A DNA stretch of 64,000 bases from Paraspadella gotoi (lineage: Eukaryota; Animalia; Chaetognatha), in NCBI GenBank assembly GCA_051294375.1, contig CM119270.1, positions 21,109,775-21,173,774 on the forward strand, given 5' to 3'. Under the pieces are notes generated by a model, which saw only the letters and a program-made list of their open reading frames with translations, was not told where the DNA came from and made no database searches. Shown here piece after piece: positions 36,385 through 50,200 of the stretch. How positions within the stretch are numbered: position 1 is the stretch's first letter; the number at the start of each line of letters is the position of its first letter. The translations under genes and the position numbers were made by a program.

Positions 36385-39173
36385 ATGGAGTCCCACTTCA
36401 TGTTTCCTGACGAAGTGAAGGCATACCTCGACAACGTCGCCCGCGGTCGCATGCAGATCTCCAACTACAGCATCAAGAAAGATCTGCATCAGGACAAATG
36501 CCTTCTCAATCTTTCCTTCACCAACGCGCCGGCCGCATTTCCGTCTGAGGTTTGTGATATGTTAGTGATATGTCAGTGAAAATAACAACGACGTTCCATG
36601 TCATTGTGACACGGAAAAGAATCTCTCCTTTTCCTCGAATTCTGACATAAAAAAATATCATAAATGTCACTAACAAAATGAAAATTCGGTTAAGAATTAT
36701 AATAAAGATTTAAACAGCTTAAGATTTTTGAGAATATTTGCGGTTTTTTTATTACCTTATTTTTTTTTTTTATTCATAACGAGATTACAAAAAGAGTGAT
36801 TAATCTCTCTATAGAAAATTATCATTGTCTTAGAATTTCTTTGACACGCGCTATGACCTCCCTTTGAGCTTATTACCCAAAAATGAGAAAAGGAAGAGAA
36901 AATATAAAAAAATTATGAAAAAAACCAAAATTGTTCTCACAAGTCGCATTTCAGAACAACTAAGGAAGATTTTGTGATGAAAACTTTGCATGAAGCGATA
37001 AATATTCTTTAAAAGTTCAGTAGACAGTATTTCTCCTTTCAATTAGAGTGGGACATAGTTTTAAAACTTTAATTTGTATGGATGAATTCGTGGCATTTCC
37101 CCAAATTCTCATTTATTTAATAACCCATTTAGAAACCACCCCTCATTATGAAAATGGTTCAATCAATTTAAAAATTATCCATTCAATTATTAAACTTTAT
37201 GACTTTGGGCAAAATAATGACAATAGCAGAAACAGATCAGTTTTCAATAAAGAATTACCTTTAATTACTAATTCTAATTCTCTCTCTTCGCCCATAATTC
37301 CACTCCTTCCTCTTCCTCCTCTCTCCCTCCTCCCTACCCCCTCCCTCTCCCTCCCCCTCTTTCCTCCGTCCTTCCCTCCCTCTCCCTACCCCCTCTCTCC
37401 TCCCCCTCTCCTACCTGGCTCTTCTCCTCCTCCCCCTCCCCTTCCCTCCGTCACTCCCTCTTCTCCCCTACCCCTCTCTCCCCCCTCTCCTTACCTGGCT
37501 CTTCTCTCCCTCCCTCCCCCTCCCCTTCCCTCCCTCACTCCCTCCCCTTCCCTCCCTCTCCCACCCCACCCCTTTCTCCCCCCTCACCCCCACCATCCTC
37601 CAAGGTCCAAGACTAACCTCGACAAAATCTCCGCAGGCAACCTTCGCGTCTCCGACTACGACATTCACCGCGACGTCAAAAAGGGCGACGGTCGAGGATG
37701 AGTTTGGCGCCGCCTCCGCGAACGACGCCGCGAATCGAAGGCGCGGGAAGCGGCGTCGCCATTCCGGCCATCGGCTTCGGCAGCGGCGTCATCGGCGTCA
37801 CGAGCGAGGACGCCGAATTCACGAAGCCCTTTTCCGATTTCGAGTCGGCGTCGACGAGAGATTTCGACGTCGGGACGCCGGTGGGGCAGCTATTGGCAAA
37901 TCCGACGCCGGAAAAAGCGGCGCCGGTCGAAGAAGAGATCAAGGATCCGGTGGAGAGAATCAAAGAGGCCGTCATCGATTTGAAGGAAAAGAAAAAAAGA
38001 AAAGAGGGAATCATCGAGTGGCTTTTGAAAGAATTGAAAGAGAAAGAGACGACAACAACGACGATCCCCGTTGTCGAGGAAACCGTCGTCGTCAAACCGG
38101 ACGCAAACAACAACGTGGGAGAAGAAGTCAAGCAGGTCTCCGAGGCGCCGGTCGAGAGGGTCGTCCCGAAGACTCTGCCACCGCCGCCGCCGCCGCCAAC
38201 AACGCCGAAGCCACCGAAATCCCCTGGACCGCCCACGCCGCCAAAACCGAAACGCCACGAAATGGCGACGATTGCGGCGCCGGTGGGCGTGGCGTCGGTG
38301 GGCGTGGCCGACGACGACGTCGACGGCGCCATCGACGATCATTTCGAATTCTTGTCGTTGGAGGAAGAAGACCTTGTTCGCGTTGACGAAGGAGTTGAAT
38401 ACGACGCCGCCCTCGACGCACTGGAAACGGTCGTCGCGGAAATCGACGCCAACGACGGCGACGCGCTGCAGCGGACGCAGGAGTTGCAGCTGCAGCCGCA
38501 GGACGTCCCGCAGAATTCCAAGCAGTTGCTGCGCCGGCAGCAGCAGCTCGACGCGGCGACGTCGACCAACGATTTGCTGAAGAGGAAATCGCTGGAGTTG
38601 CTGGAGAATGATGGGGTTGGGGTGGAGGATGTTGAGGAGGAGAAGGAAGAGGAGGTGGAAGAGGAAGCGAAGGAGGAAAGGAAGGAGGAAGAGAGGGAGG
38701 AGGAGGAAGAGAGGAAGGAGGAGGAAGAGAAAAAGGAGGAGGAAGAGAAAAAGGAGGAGGAAGAACCGGTCGTCGAACCTCCAAAGCCGAAGAAGAAGAG
38801 GAGGAAGTCGAGTCTCTTGAAGGGAGTCTTGGGAAGTTTGTTCGGCCGAAAGAAGCGTCGGTCTTTGTCGGGCGGAGAGGAGACCGACAGTCGGGCAAAG
38901 AGTATGACGTTGCCCGCCAGATTGGACGGAGCGGCGGTGATGAGGGTGGAGGGTGGAGGGAGGGAAGAGGAGGAGGGGGTCGTGGTGGGTAAAGGGGAAG
39001 AGGAAGAGGATACGGAGCAGCCGCAGCAGCAGCTGGAGCCGGAGCAGCAGCAGGAACATCAGTGGCCTGAGGTGCAGGAGCAGCGACAGGAAAGCTCTCC
39101 GGAGACGCAGCGCCGCAGCGAAAGTGTAATCGTCCCGTTTCGATTGCAAAAGGACAAAATGAACATCGCGTAA
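36385..39173 (+). CDS. Two-exon gene (36385-36549 + 37605-39173): tandem ~45-aa N-terminal domain followed by a Pro/Glu/Lys-rich disordered region
   Basis: Donor GAG|GTTTGT and acceptor ccAAG|GTC after a pyrimidine tract, phase 0. The splice joins FPSE|VQD to form a second copy of the exon-1 motif. Needs about 3 single-base indel corrections at 37615-37697. Confidence 0.7.
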
Positions 39174-40763
39174 ATTTTGATGAACAGCGAGTAGATGCTG
39201 ATGAAGTCCGAGTCGATTAATGAATAGCAAGTAGATGTCTATGTGTAGCGAGTAAATTGATGAATCGTGAGTTGATGAGGATGTATAGCGAGTAGAAGAT
39301 GAACGGAGAGTAGATTTTGATAAACAAACTTGTAAATGTTTATCAATATTAGGTTGTGTCGATATTTAACTTAACAACGCTATTATTATCGGGTGGAGTA
39401 TGCATACCTAGTCTATCATTACCTAAAAAGCATTATTATTACACTATCTACACTATATACATTGGCATGTTGTGCTTTAATCCGGTCTTATCTTTAACGA
39501 GTCTCTTGTGATGCATGATTTTTTTTTTTCATGTTAATTTTTTTTTTTAAAGTAGGAAATTTGGTTTGAATCGCGCTAAGTCACGTATTGCTACGTCATA
39601 ATTAGTTATTATATATCATTCGTTTTTTTTATTGTTTATTTTCTTCGAACAGTTGAGACGAACAATAAATACTTATCACAATGATTAGTTGATCAATTAT
39701 TTATTACCTTCAAGAATAAAAGTTATTAAAATTGTAATAATTTAAAGCAGCTTAGAAATGTTTTGCTCGCATCAATTCTATCTGAATTATTGCACCGCGT
39801 TTTTGGTTATATACTCCACATATCGCTAATCAATATTGTAGACATTTATATATAATTAGTATTCAGTCCTTTTAAGGCAACTCAATTGTTAGTCGTTCGT
39901 CTTAAACAAACCTTCTTAACATTTTGACTTTTAAAAGCGGCCCAGTAAAGAGAACCTTTGTTCAAACAGATATCTATTTTTGTCCCGGGCTTTCTGATCA
40001 CCTTTTGTTTGTTTTTTTCCCCATTGTTATTTGTTACTTTTTATCGTTTTGTGTCTACTAACAAACCCGCGGCATTTTAACTAATCTTTTCCCCCAATTG
40101 TTTTTCTTCTGATTGCTCGTCGAATTAATGGTGTAATTCAAATTGTTATTTTATTAATTAATTAATAAATTTAATTAAATTTGTCGATCGGAAATAATCG
40201 TTTCATTTGAGACTTCATCCTTTAAATATTCGAACCTTCAGATTATTTTTTTTATTTTTATTTCAGTTTGTAATTTTTTTTTAAAGAAACACCTGGATCT
40301 ATTGGAATCGAAAAAAAAGGGAATAAAAGTAAAAGAAACGATATCAGTGAATGAGACAATGAAATGAAATGAAATGAAATGAAATGAAAGAGACAATAAA
40401 AATATTTTTAAATCGAAATAAAAAGAAGATATTTTTGTTTAATTTATCCTAATTTTTTTTTCTCATCGTCGCCAAATTTTTACGGAACGAATCACATTTC
40501 ACCAATGACATTTTTTTTAATTCGGCCGCAATGTCGTGAACTCTCTCGAGGAGAAAGGGAGTAAATGGAGGGAGAGAAAAGGGAGAGAACAGAGAGTGGA
40601 GAGAAGAGAGAAAGAGAGAGTAGGAGAAAGAGGAGAGAAGCGAGAGAGAGGGAGAGAGGGAGAGAGAGAGAGAGAGAGAGACGAGAGAGAGAGAGAGAAG
40701 AGAGAGAGAAGAAAGAAGATAGAAAGAAAGAGAGAGAGAAGAGATGAGAGCAGAGAGAGAAAT

Positions 40764-40795
<32 letters not shown>

Positions 40796-40839
40796 AGGGA
40801 GTAGAGAGAGAAAAGAGTGAGAGAGAGAGAAGGAGAAGA

Positions 40840-43100
40840 GAGAGAGCAACAAGAGCGCATGACGGTGGTCAACAGCGAAAATATTTCTCTCTTAATGAAT
40901 CAGGACTTTTTTTCATTGAGACCTCAAAGAGTCAAGCGGACCACACATAATGTCCACACCATTAATTTCCAACACACAATTTTTCTGATTGGGATTTAAT
41001 AAAAAAAAAAAAAAAAGAAAGCGACGCTAGGGCATCCCGAAGATTAATGAAGTTTTTAATTATTTAGTTATTGATAATTTGAAATTTAGTCTCTTACCAT
41101 TTTTTTGATGATGATTATTTAAAATAGATATTCGCTCCGCGCTAAAAAAAATCCGAAGAACCGACGGGTTCTGATTAATGTGGTTTCCTCGCAATTTGTC
41201 ACTATAGCGCCAGTAAATATACAAAACCAGGATATTTCTAAAACTCAGTGTTTGTGCTATCCAACGCCCCGAACAAGAAAATCCATACAGGTTTGACTAA
41301 AAATACTGAAAATAATACACGGCGCTTATCTGAATTCTTTTTAATTTTTTCATTTTGCGATATTTACTGTTTAAGTCAAATAAAATATACAGCAGTCATG
41401 CACTTGATTTCGATTCGTGGTTTAGCCTAACTTTCAAGCAATAACGAAAAATAAATGACCTCATAGTAAGAAATAATAGCAATAATCAATTTTTTTTTCA
41501 AAATTTGTTTCTTTGTCTTCTACTGTTCTTTGCAAACATGTCCTTAAAATTATAAAAAATAAATTACTAATAAACTACAATTCTTAGTACATTTCGTTCC
41601 GGAACAAAAATTCATTTATATCATAGTTCAATATGAGCTTTGAAATAACTCATTTCTTTGCAGATTTACCCCTTATGATAAAAAACCTTGTATTATAATA
41701 AAAAATAAAACCAATAATTACCTACAGCTACATGCATTAGCGTGTATTAAAGAGTGTAGTGCTCTTTTTTAATAAAAAAGTTATAGTTAATATAGCTAAC
41801 GGGCTTATGCAAAGTGTTAATTTGCACGAAGATGACAAAATTAAAAAATTGATAATATAGCCTTTTAACCTATAGTCATAGTTTTTAAATCAGCCGAACA
41901 AAGTGAACTCCTAATTTTCATATTTAATCATATGATTTTTTAACGTCCTACATGGAATTTTTACTTTTTTTTGTTTTCAACAAAATGATAATTCATTACC
42001 TTTATTAATTATAAAAATTTGATGTATAGAAAATTTTGTTTATATCAAAACATAATTCAATCTTTTCTCTTTCATAATCTATATTTATTTATTTTTTATA
42101 ATACAGCCAAGTGTAGTTTAATTTAATTTCAAAAGTATAGGTTATACTTTTGACTAAATCCGATATTCCAAAGATTTTAAAAAATCCGTGAAATATGTTA
42201 AAAACATTATATACATGAAAAGATGCCCCATAATGATGGCTTAATATGATACCAGTCTCATCGTTCTATCATTTGGTTTTCAAAAGATATATTAAAAAAA
42301 TCAAATTTTTTTTTACCAATTAAGACACCTCAGCCAAAGCTAAAAAAAATTAAGTGTAAACCAAAGAGAAAACTTTGTTTATACGAACGCAGAATTTTTT
42401 AAAAATTGGGCTACAGCCGGCGTGGGCGAAAATGACCACCATTATTTTTGATAGATATTTTTCCAAACGCGGGGTCAAATTTATTGCAATTACATCCATA
42501 ATATTACGATCTATTTCCTATTCATGAAATGTTAAAAGATAAATTTAAGAATAACATTTATAAAAAGCACCAGATTAACTTGCCGTAATCTAATCAGTAA
42601 TTTGTAAATAAAATAAATCAAAATTGTTTAATTAAATCGGAGATTGCTGATGATGTATAATCTCTTGTAAAACTTTTGCATATTTCGAATAAACATAATG
42701 CTTTAAAAAAAATATAATCACTAAACGAGATAAAAAATCACAAAAGGGTATAAAACGAAAAAAAACCCATTAAATGATGAGAGAGAGAAGGAGAAGAGAT
42801 GGAGAGAGAGAGAAGAGATGGAGAGGAGAGAGGAGAGAAGAGAGAGAGCGAGAAAGTGTGTTTCGTATTTAAAATTTCGGTTTGGAACGATCCATAGTCT
42901 CTACTTCGATCTGTCTCTTCGATCGCGGGTCACAAGTTCAGTCTCATCTTCGCTTGACGGGAAACGACGACAACGACGCGACGAACGACGACGACGACGA
43001 CGACGACGAGAAAGAGGTGGATTTAATTAATTTAATGAAAAGAATAAAGATGGATTCCCGCTGTTGTATCCTGCCTTAATTTCGAGCTTACTCTCTACTC

Positions 43101-43131
<31 letters not shown>

Positions 43132-43141
43132 AGAAGGAGAG

Positions 43142-43196
<55 letters not shown>

Positions 43197-43504
43197 GAGA
43201 GCAAAACTTTTCACCTTTCAGGTTTGATCCAAGTTTTTTATTTTTATTTTTCATTTTGTTCATTTAATTTTTTTTTTTTTCAAATTTGGGTCAATGTCCC
43301 TTAGGCGATTTTTGGAGAATGTGGCATCGAAAGAATGGAAGGGAGATAAGGGTCTTGAAGGGAACGGGTTGGATTTTGGAAGAGGTCATCGAGGCAAGAT
43401 GTTTAATTCGCGGGTGATCGTTTTATGTCCTCGGAACTTTTTCTTTATTTGTCGATATTCTCCGTGGTGTGAAAATATTGTTTCACCGAAGAGAGAGAGA
43501 GAGA

Positions 43505-43540
<36 letters not shown>

Positions 43541-43766
43541 AGAGAAGATGAGAAAGAGGAGAGAAGAAGACGAGAGAGANNNNNNNNNNNNNNNNNNNNN
43601 NNNNCCGAGGACATAAAACGATCACCCGCGAATTAAACATCTTGCCTCGATGACCCTCTTCCACAATCCAAACCCGTTCCCTTCAAGATCCCTTATCTCC
43701 CTTCCATTCCCCTTTCGATGCCACATTCTCCAAAAATCGCCTAAAGGGACATTGACCCAAAATTTG

Positions 43767-43802
<36 letters not shown>

Positions 43803-43866
43803 AAGATGAAACAAATGAAAAATAAAAAATAAAAACTTGGATCAAACCTGAAAGGTGAAAAGTTTT

Positions 43867-43910
<44 letters not shown>

Positions 43911-44043
43911 CTTCTCTTCTCTCCTCTCTTCTCTCTCTCTCTCTCCTCTTTTGATTAGAGAGGTAAGCTCGAAATTAAGGCAGGATACAACAGCGGGAAT
44001 CCATCTTTATTCTTTTTCATTAAACTTAATTAAATCCACCTCT

Positions 44044-44083
<40 letters not shown>

Positions 44084-44197
44084 TATCCCGTCAAAGCGAA
44101 GATGAGACTGAACTTGTGACCCGCGGATCGAAGAGACAGATCGAAGTAGAGACGTATGGATCGTTCCAAACCGAAATTTAAATACGAAACACACTTT

Positions 44198-44253
<56 letters not shown>

Positions 44254-44680
44254 AGCTCTCATCTCTCATCTCTCTCATTAATAATGTTTTTTTTCGTTTT
44301 ACCTTTTGTGATTTTTTATCTCGTTTAGTGATTATATTTTTTTTAACATTATGTTATTCGAATATGCAAAAGTTTTTTACAAGAGACTTATCATTCATCA
44401 GCAATCTCCGTTTTAAATAATCATCACAAAAAAGGTTAAGAGACTAATTTCAAATTCAAATAACTAAATAATTAAAAACTTCATTAATCTTGGCATCAGC
44501 GTCGTTTTTTTTTATTAAATCCCCAACAGAAAAATGTGTGGTTGGAAATTATGTGTGGACATTATGTGTGGTCCCTTTGACTCTTGAGTCTCAATGAAAA
44601 AAGTCATCGATTCATTAAGAAATATTTTCGCTGTTGACCACCCGTCATGCGCTCTTTGTTGCTCTCTCTCTCTCTCTCTC
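40840..44680. repeat. Inverted duplication around gap 43580-43604: 42638-43434 vs 43605-44410 and 40840-41124 vs 44411-44680
   Basis: Reverse-complement identity. The right arm lacks 41125-42637. Confidence 0.9.
41125..42637. mobile_element. ~1.5-kb AT-rich presence/absence segment (possible TE insertion)
   Basis: The mirrored arm joins ...tatttaaaa directly to cggagattg... (44410/44411). No clear TIR or TSD. Confidence 0.45.
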
Positions 44681-45117
44681 TCTTCTAGATCATAATCCCC
44701 TCCTCTCCTAATTCCCACCGTTTAAAAACTCGTTATATGATGAAGAAGGGGGAAGAGGAGGAGGAGCAGGAGCAGGAAGAGGAGGAGCAAGACGAAAAAC
44801 ATTGTAATGCGGAAGTAAGAAGAGGCGCGTGAAAACCGGAAGTGAGTCAAGATATCACCGTCCAGACTTCACTTCTGTCGGGTGAGTTTTTTCACGCTTC
44901 ATCGATTTCCCAAGAATCACTGGCGAAGAATTCTCTCTCTGCCCTTCCCTTCACGATCCCACTCTCTCCAAAATTCACTTCCATTTCCTCGCGAGACTCA
45001 CAATCTCACAAGAACCAAAACGGATCAAAGACAAGTGCAAATCCCGCCAGAATCGTCAAACGCTGATTGGTCCCCAGGGAATCCGATGGAATCGGAATCG
45101 GCGCCACAATTTTTTTT

Positions 45118-45500
45118 GGCTCCGTTTTCCCAAAGCCCCCCCTCTCCATTTCTGTTGCTTTATCACAGAATCTTAGTATTTAACCTAAATATATTCTTAA
45201 GTTTAAAACCTAATCTTTAACCCTTTTCCTTAACCCAAATCTCAAACTCTAACCTAACATTTAACCCTTATCCTTAACCCAAATCTCAAACTCTAACCTA
45301 ATCCTTAATAAAATAACCATAAATCCTTAATTTCTAACCCTAACTCTAATCCTTAACTTAATCCCTAACCCTCACCCTAATCTTAAACCCTAATCTTTAA
45401 CTTAATCCCTAACCCAAACCCCTAACCTTATCTTGAAACTTAAAAAATTAACCTAATTCCGAATTTAAGATGAAATTGAGCGTTCTGGGAAAATAAGGCC
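45118..45500. mobile_element. MITE-like element with internal degenerate (CCCTAA)n
   Basis: Imperfect TIRs ggctccgttttcccaaagcccc / gagcgttctgggaaaataaggcc, flanked by T-runs. Related to 53654-53890. Confidence 0.55.
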
Positions 45501-46487
45501 TTTTTTTTTCTCTCTCTTTTTTTTTGTTTCACAATTTTTTCACATTTTAGCCTGACTTTTAGTTTACTTTTAGTTTTCGTAGACGAAAAAGTAAATTAAA
45601 AATCATTTGCACTCATTTTTTAAAAAAATAATATGAATCGCGCCTGTAACTTTTTTAGCTAAAAAAAAATACCTTTAAGCTAAACATAAAAAATCCTCTT
45701 CAATCCAAAAAAACATTTATGAGATTTAGAGATTTATTTTTTCCTGATCACATTCACGCGGTCCGCTCCTTCGTGACTCTTTCATGGCCTCACCTGATCA
45801 CCTGATCACCTGATCACCCGGAAATCATCAGCTCGTAATCGAACTCGAACAGATCACCGCCTCTTCACTTCACCTCCCTTCGATTCAACCACCACCCCCC
45901 CCCCCTTTGCCACCCCCCCCAGCTCAGAACACTCCGGGTCGTTAACTCCTTTTTTTCTATTTTTACGATCATCGTGTTGTCGTCGTCGTTTTCGTCGTCG
46001 TGGTCGTTTTCATCGTTGTCTTCGTCGTCGTCAACATCGTCGTGGTCGTTATCTTCGTCTTCGTCGTCGTTGTCTTCGTCGTTGTCGTTGTCGTCGTTTT
46101 CTTAGTCGTATTTGTCGTCTTCGTCACGTCTTTGTCATTTTACTAATACTATTACTATTTTCAGTTACTATCTCATTCACCCATATTTTAATCTTTTTCT
46201 TAATCATTATCCTAGTCTTTTTCATCGTCATCTTCATTATTAATAAATTTTATCATTGTCATTCTTTTCATCTCGTCTTTGTCATTAATGTTCTCTTCGT
46301 TGTCGTCGTCGTTTTTCTATTTTTTGTTTTTCGTTCAAATCGAACCATTTATGTTGGCTCTTTGTTTTGATCGTCGTCGTCGTCGTCGTCGTCGTCGCCC
46401 TTCGCCCTATCGATGAAGGAGGAAGAGGAGGAGGAGGAGAAAGAGGAGGAGGAGGAAGTTTTCTTTCGAGATTACGCCTTTTTTAGA

Positions 46488-46534
<47 letters not shown>

Positions 46535-47273
46535 TACGACGACGACGACCAAGGAAGCGCCTCACGGTGAAAAAACTAACGAATCTCTCACTCGATGGGT
46601 GATCCCCTGATGCTCTGATCGCTCGATCCGTGATCACCCCGAATTATTTTTATTTTTCATTTTTCGGTGACGAAGTAAAAATTTTTTTAAACTTTTTCTT
46701 TTTTTTCAATTTAATAAACGGATTGAATTAGCGTCAGTTTTGTTGTCAATATTTCTAATAATTGAATCATTTTCAATCTTTGTAGATCGAAACGTTATTT
46801 TATAACGAACTTCATGGTGAACGTCCTCGCAACGCAAACCAAAATTAAAAAAAAAATTCCAAACGAACTTTTAAAGTTAACTTCTTTGTCAACTTCGTTA
46901 ATTGAAGTTTAATTTAAAATTAAGCAACGAACCTCCGTCCCGATTAAAACATACTTCAAATAGTTAAGATAAGAAAAACCTCCAAATAAGTTAATATTTT
47001 GCAAATATAATCTCTAGTGATCTCCACCAAATTAAATCTCGTATTTCCTTCCAAAATCTTCAGTCTATCGTCAGCGAGAAAAACGAAGGAAATAATTAAC
47101 TAATAATTTCCTCCAATTGTTAATAATTTATTACTAGTTAAAAATAACATTATAATTGTGCATTAAAAAATGACATCATGAACATGTGAGGCTTCAATCA
47201 ACGAATCATAAACCAATAAAGTGAACAAACTCTTAAAAAAAGGCGCCGGTTCCATCGCCTCAAAACCGGCGTC

Positions 47274-50200
47274 ATGGAATTCCTCTTCTACGCGGCGTCT
47301 TTATCGGCGCTCTTCGCCCTCCCTTTCGTCATATCCTGCCTCCTCCTCTTTCTCCTCCCAACCGGCGTCGTTTTCAAACGCTGGTCCATCGCGGCGCTTT
47401 TTCACCCATTTCTCTCTCGCGATTCCTTCGAAGGGGCGCCGTCCTTTTGGTTCGATCGACGCCGAGTCACGTTCGACGGTGCCGGCGGCGGAGCGGCGTC
47501 GCCAGGCGGGAAAAAGCGGCGCGGGCGGCGCTGCTGTGGCGGCGGCCGAAGCGGCGTGGATTTTTGGACGCCACTTTCGTTCTGCGCATGCGTCGTTTTC
47601 AGTCTTTCTTTCTTCGTCTTCGCCAGAATTTGGTTGTTCGACGCCGCGGATTTCTCTGCGGCGTCGGCGGCGGAGTCGGCTGCTGCCGGGTGGGATTGCT
47701 TTGGAGACCCTGGGATGCAGTGGACGGATCCGGGTAAGTTTTAAATATAATTTTAGTCGCTAAAAATGATATGTAGTTTATAATCATATTACGTTATCCT
47801 TATATCATTTTAATCACGTATCAGATTTTTTTCATGCTTCCACAGCTAAATTTTAACATAAATGTTAGACAAAATAAAAAACACATAAGTCTATACTGTA
47901 TATCGCATCCCAATAGTTCAAGAAAATTAAAACTTTGATCTCTTCACGGCTTTTTCTTTTTAAAAAACTAAATTGTAATTTTCCTTGTCAAAAGAAATTA
48001 TCTTCGGATTTTAAATTTGTGTTTACCTTCTTTTTAACAAGAAGGTGGCAGCGACGACGACGATAACGACTATGACGACGACGAAGAAGATAACAATTAA
48101 AATCTTTTCTTTTTGCCTCCCTCCCCCCCCCCCGAGTTCAAAACCGTGAGAGAGTGAAGAAGATGGACAGAAAAGGAATATAATGACATTTATTTTTAAA
48201 AAGAACCGAAAAGTGTTCTCCCCACTTTTGGCATTAGGAACCGATTTATCACCCTTATTTGTCGTATTGGTCATAAGTTAATAACAATATTTCATTAATC
48301 ACATTGAGCTTACAAGGGTCAACAAGTAATTTTTTTTTCTGAACATACATCACGGTAAATTAGACCTTTTGATCGTGAACATTGTCGATTACTGTGACCC
48401 AATAAATAATCCAAGAAAACATAGAATTTTTTTTTTATTTAAAAAAAACACGATGACAGTGACATTGCACTGTGATACAATAAATTGACCTATCAAGACA
48501 TCATTTAAAAATACTTAAATTTCGGTAACGTATGATATGTCATTGTTATTTATTTTAATTTGATCATTTCTTGGTTGGTGCGTTCTTTAATAAATAAATT
48601 TTTCTTGCTTTAATCTATATACTTGGAAATAAACATAAGCATTAATAATACCATAAAACAACATTACTATACTTAATTATTATAATCACGACCATTGCAC
48701 AAACCGACGCCCGTAAAAAATCTTTTAAACTTCACATGAATTACTGCTATATGCAAATTAAAGCAAAAGTAATTTTTTTAAAAAAATTTCTTACAATTAG
48801 GAATCAGCGGAAAATCCTTCGACAACAACTACAACAAACCTTCCGCTTCCTCCAAACAAACGACGATGACGAAGACGACGACGAAGACGACGACGACGAA
48901 ATCTTCACCCTCCCCCACCCCTCCCCCCTTCCAACCCGTCTCCAACGCAACCATCTCCGCCATCGCCGCCGCCGAAATCGATCGGCGCCTTCGACTCTTT
49001 CGTCGACGCACCTTCGAGGAGATGGAGGACCTCAGCCGCACCGCTGCCGCGCTGGAGTGCTCCAAGCTGCTGAGGACGACCACCACCCTCGCTCCAGCCG
49101 CTACTCCAGCGACAACGGCGTGCGCGACTTGCTGGAGCGAGGCGGACATCGCTGCTTTGATGATGAAATTCGCTCAGAGCGGCGGACCGAGGGACGGTGG
49201 GGGTGATACTGTGGGGAGAGGGAAGAGAGAGGCTGGAAGCGAATTCACTGTGGGGAAGGGAAAGGGAGAGGCGGGAGCTGAAGTCACTGTGGGACGGAGA
49301 AATGGAAAAGAAGGAAAAAAGCTGAGAAATGACAGTGATAACAATGATAACAATGACGCTGACATTAATGACACCGTCTCTCATCACAACAAAAGAATCG
49401 AGAGAGCCGCCTCCTCCTCCTCCTCCTCCTCCTCCTCCTCCGCCCTCGACAACCTCTGCTGTCGCCGCGCCGTCCGCTGCTGGCGCCTGCACCCGACGCC
49501 GGACGACGCCGTCCTCGGCTTGGCAGCCGCTGCGGCGCTGCAGTGGGTCATGACCGGCGCCTTTCACTTCGTCTCCTTCGTCATCATCTCGACTCTGCTC
49601 CGCGCCGACGGAAAAAGCGGCGTCTACGCGCCGGGACGGACTTCGGCTACGGCGACGGCGACGCCGTCGTCATCGTCCGTCACGGCGTCGTCGTATCCTC
49701 GCGACGACGACGACGACGAAGATTCGCGACGTCTCGTCAAACGATCATCAGCGCCATCTACTCTATTTCGAAAAGTCGTCCTTCCTCTCGTCTTCGTCAT
49801 CGTCGTCCTCGTCGTCGTCGCCGCGCCGCCGCTGCTCTGCGAGACGGCGCCGCTGACGACGCCGGAGACGATTCAATGCGTCGTCGTCGTAGTGGGCGTG
49901 ATTGTCTTCGGCGTGGCGGCGTTGACGTTTCCGTGGGAAGAAGGGATGATGGAGGAGAGTCACGTCTGCTGGTGCGAGAAGAAGAGTGATGGAGTCGTGC
50001 TGGGGAGATATCAGGTGAATTTGATGATGATGGGGCTGGGGAAGCCGTAAAGGCTGGGGAGCATCGAATTCTCAAATTCTCACACCGTCTATATGAGAAT
50101 AAAATCCAATTTAGGTTTCATATTGAAATCGCTGTCTCCTTACTCAAACGGGAGATACAAATACGAAAAAAATACTTAAATGTACTTCGCTATTTTACAT

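Noticed and set aside
37890-39230. 446-aa antisense ORF (also 35613-36086, 48905-49567)
   Set aside because: These are shadow frames of GC-rich, low-complexity plus-strand CDSs.
45180-45455. True telomere
   Set aside because: The repeats are highly degenerate, internal and bounded by TIRs.
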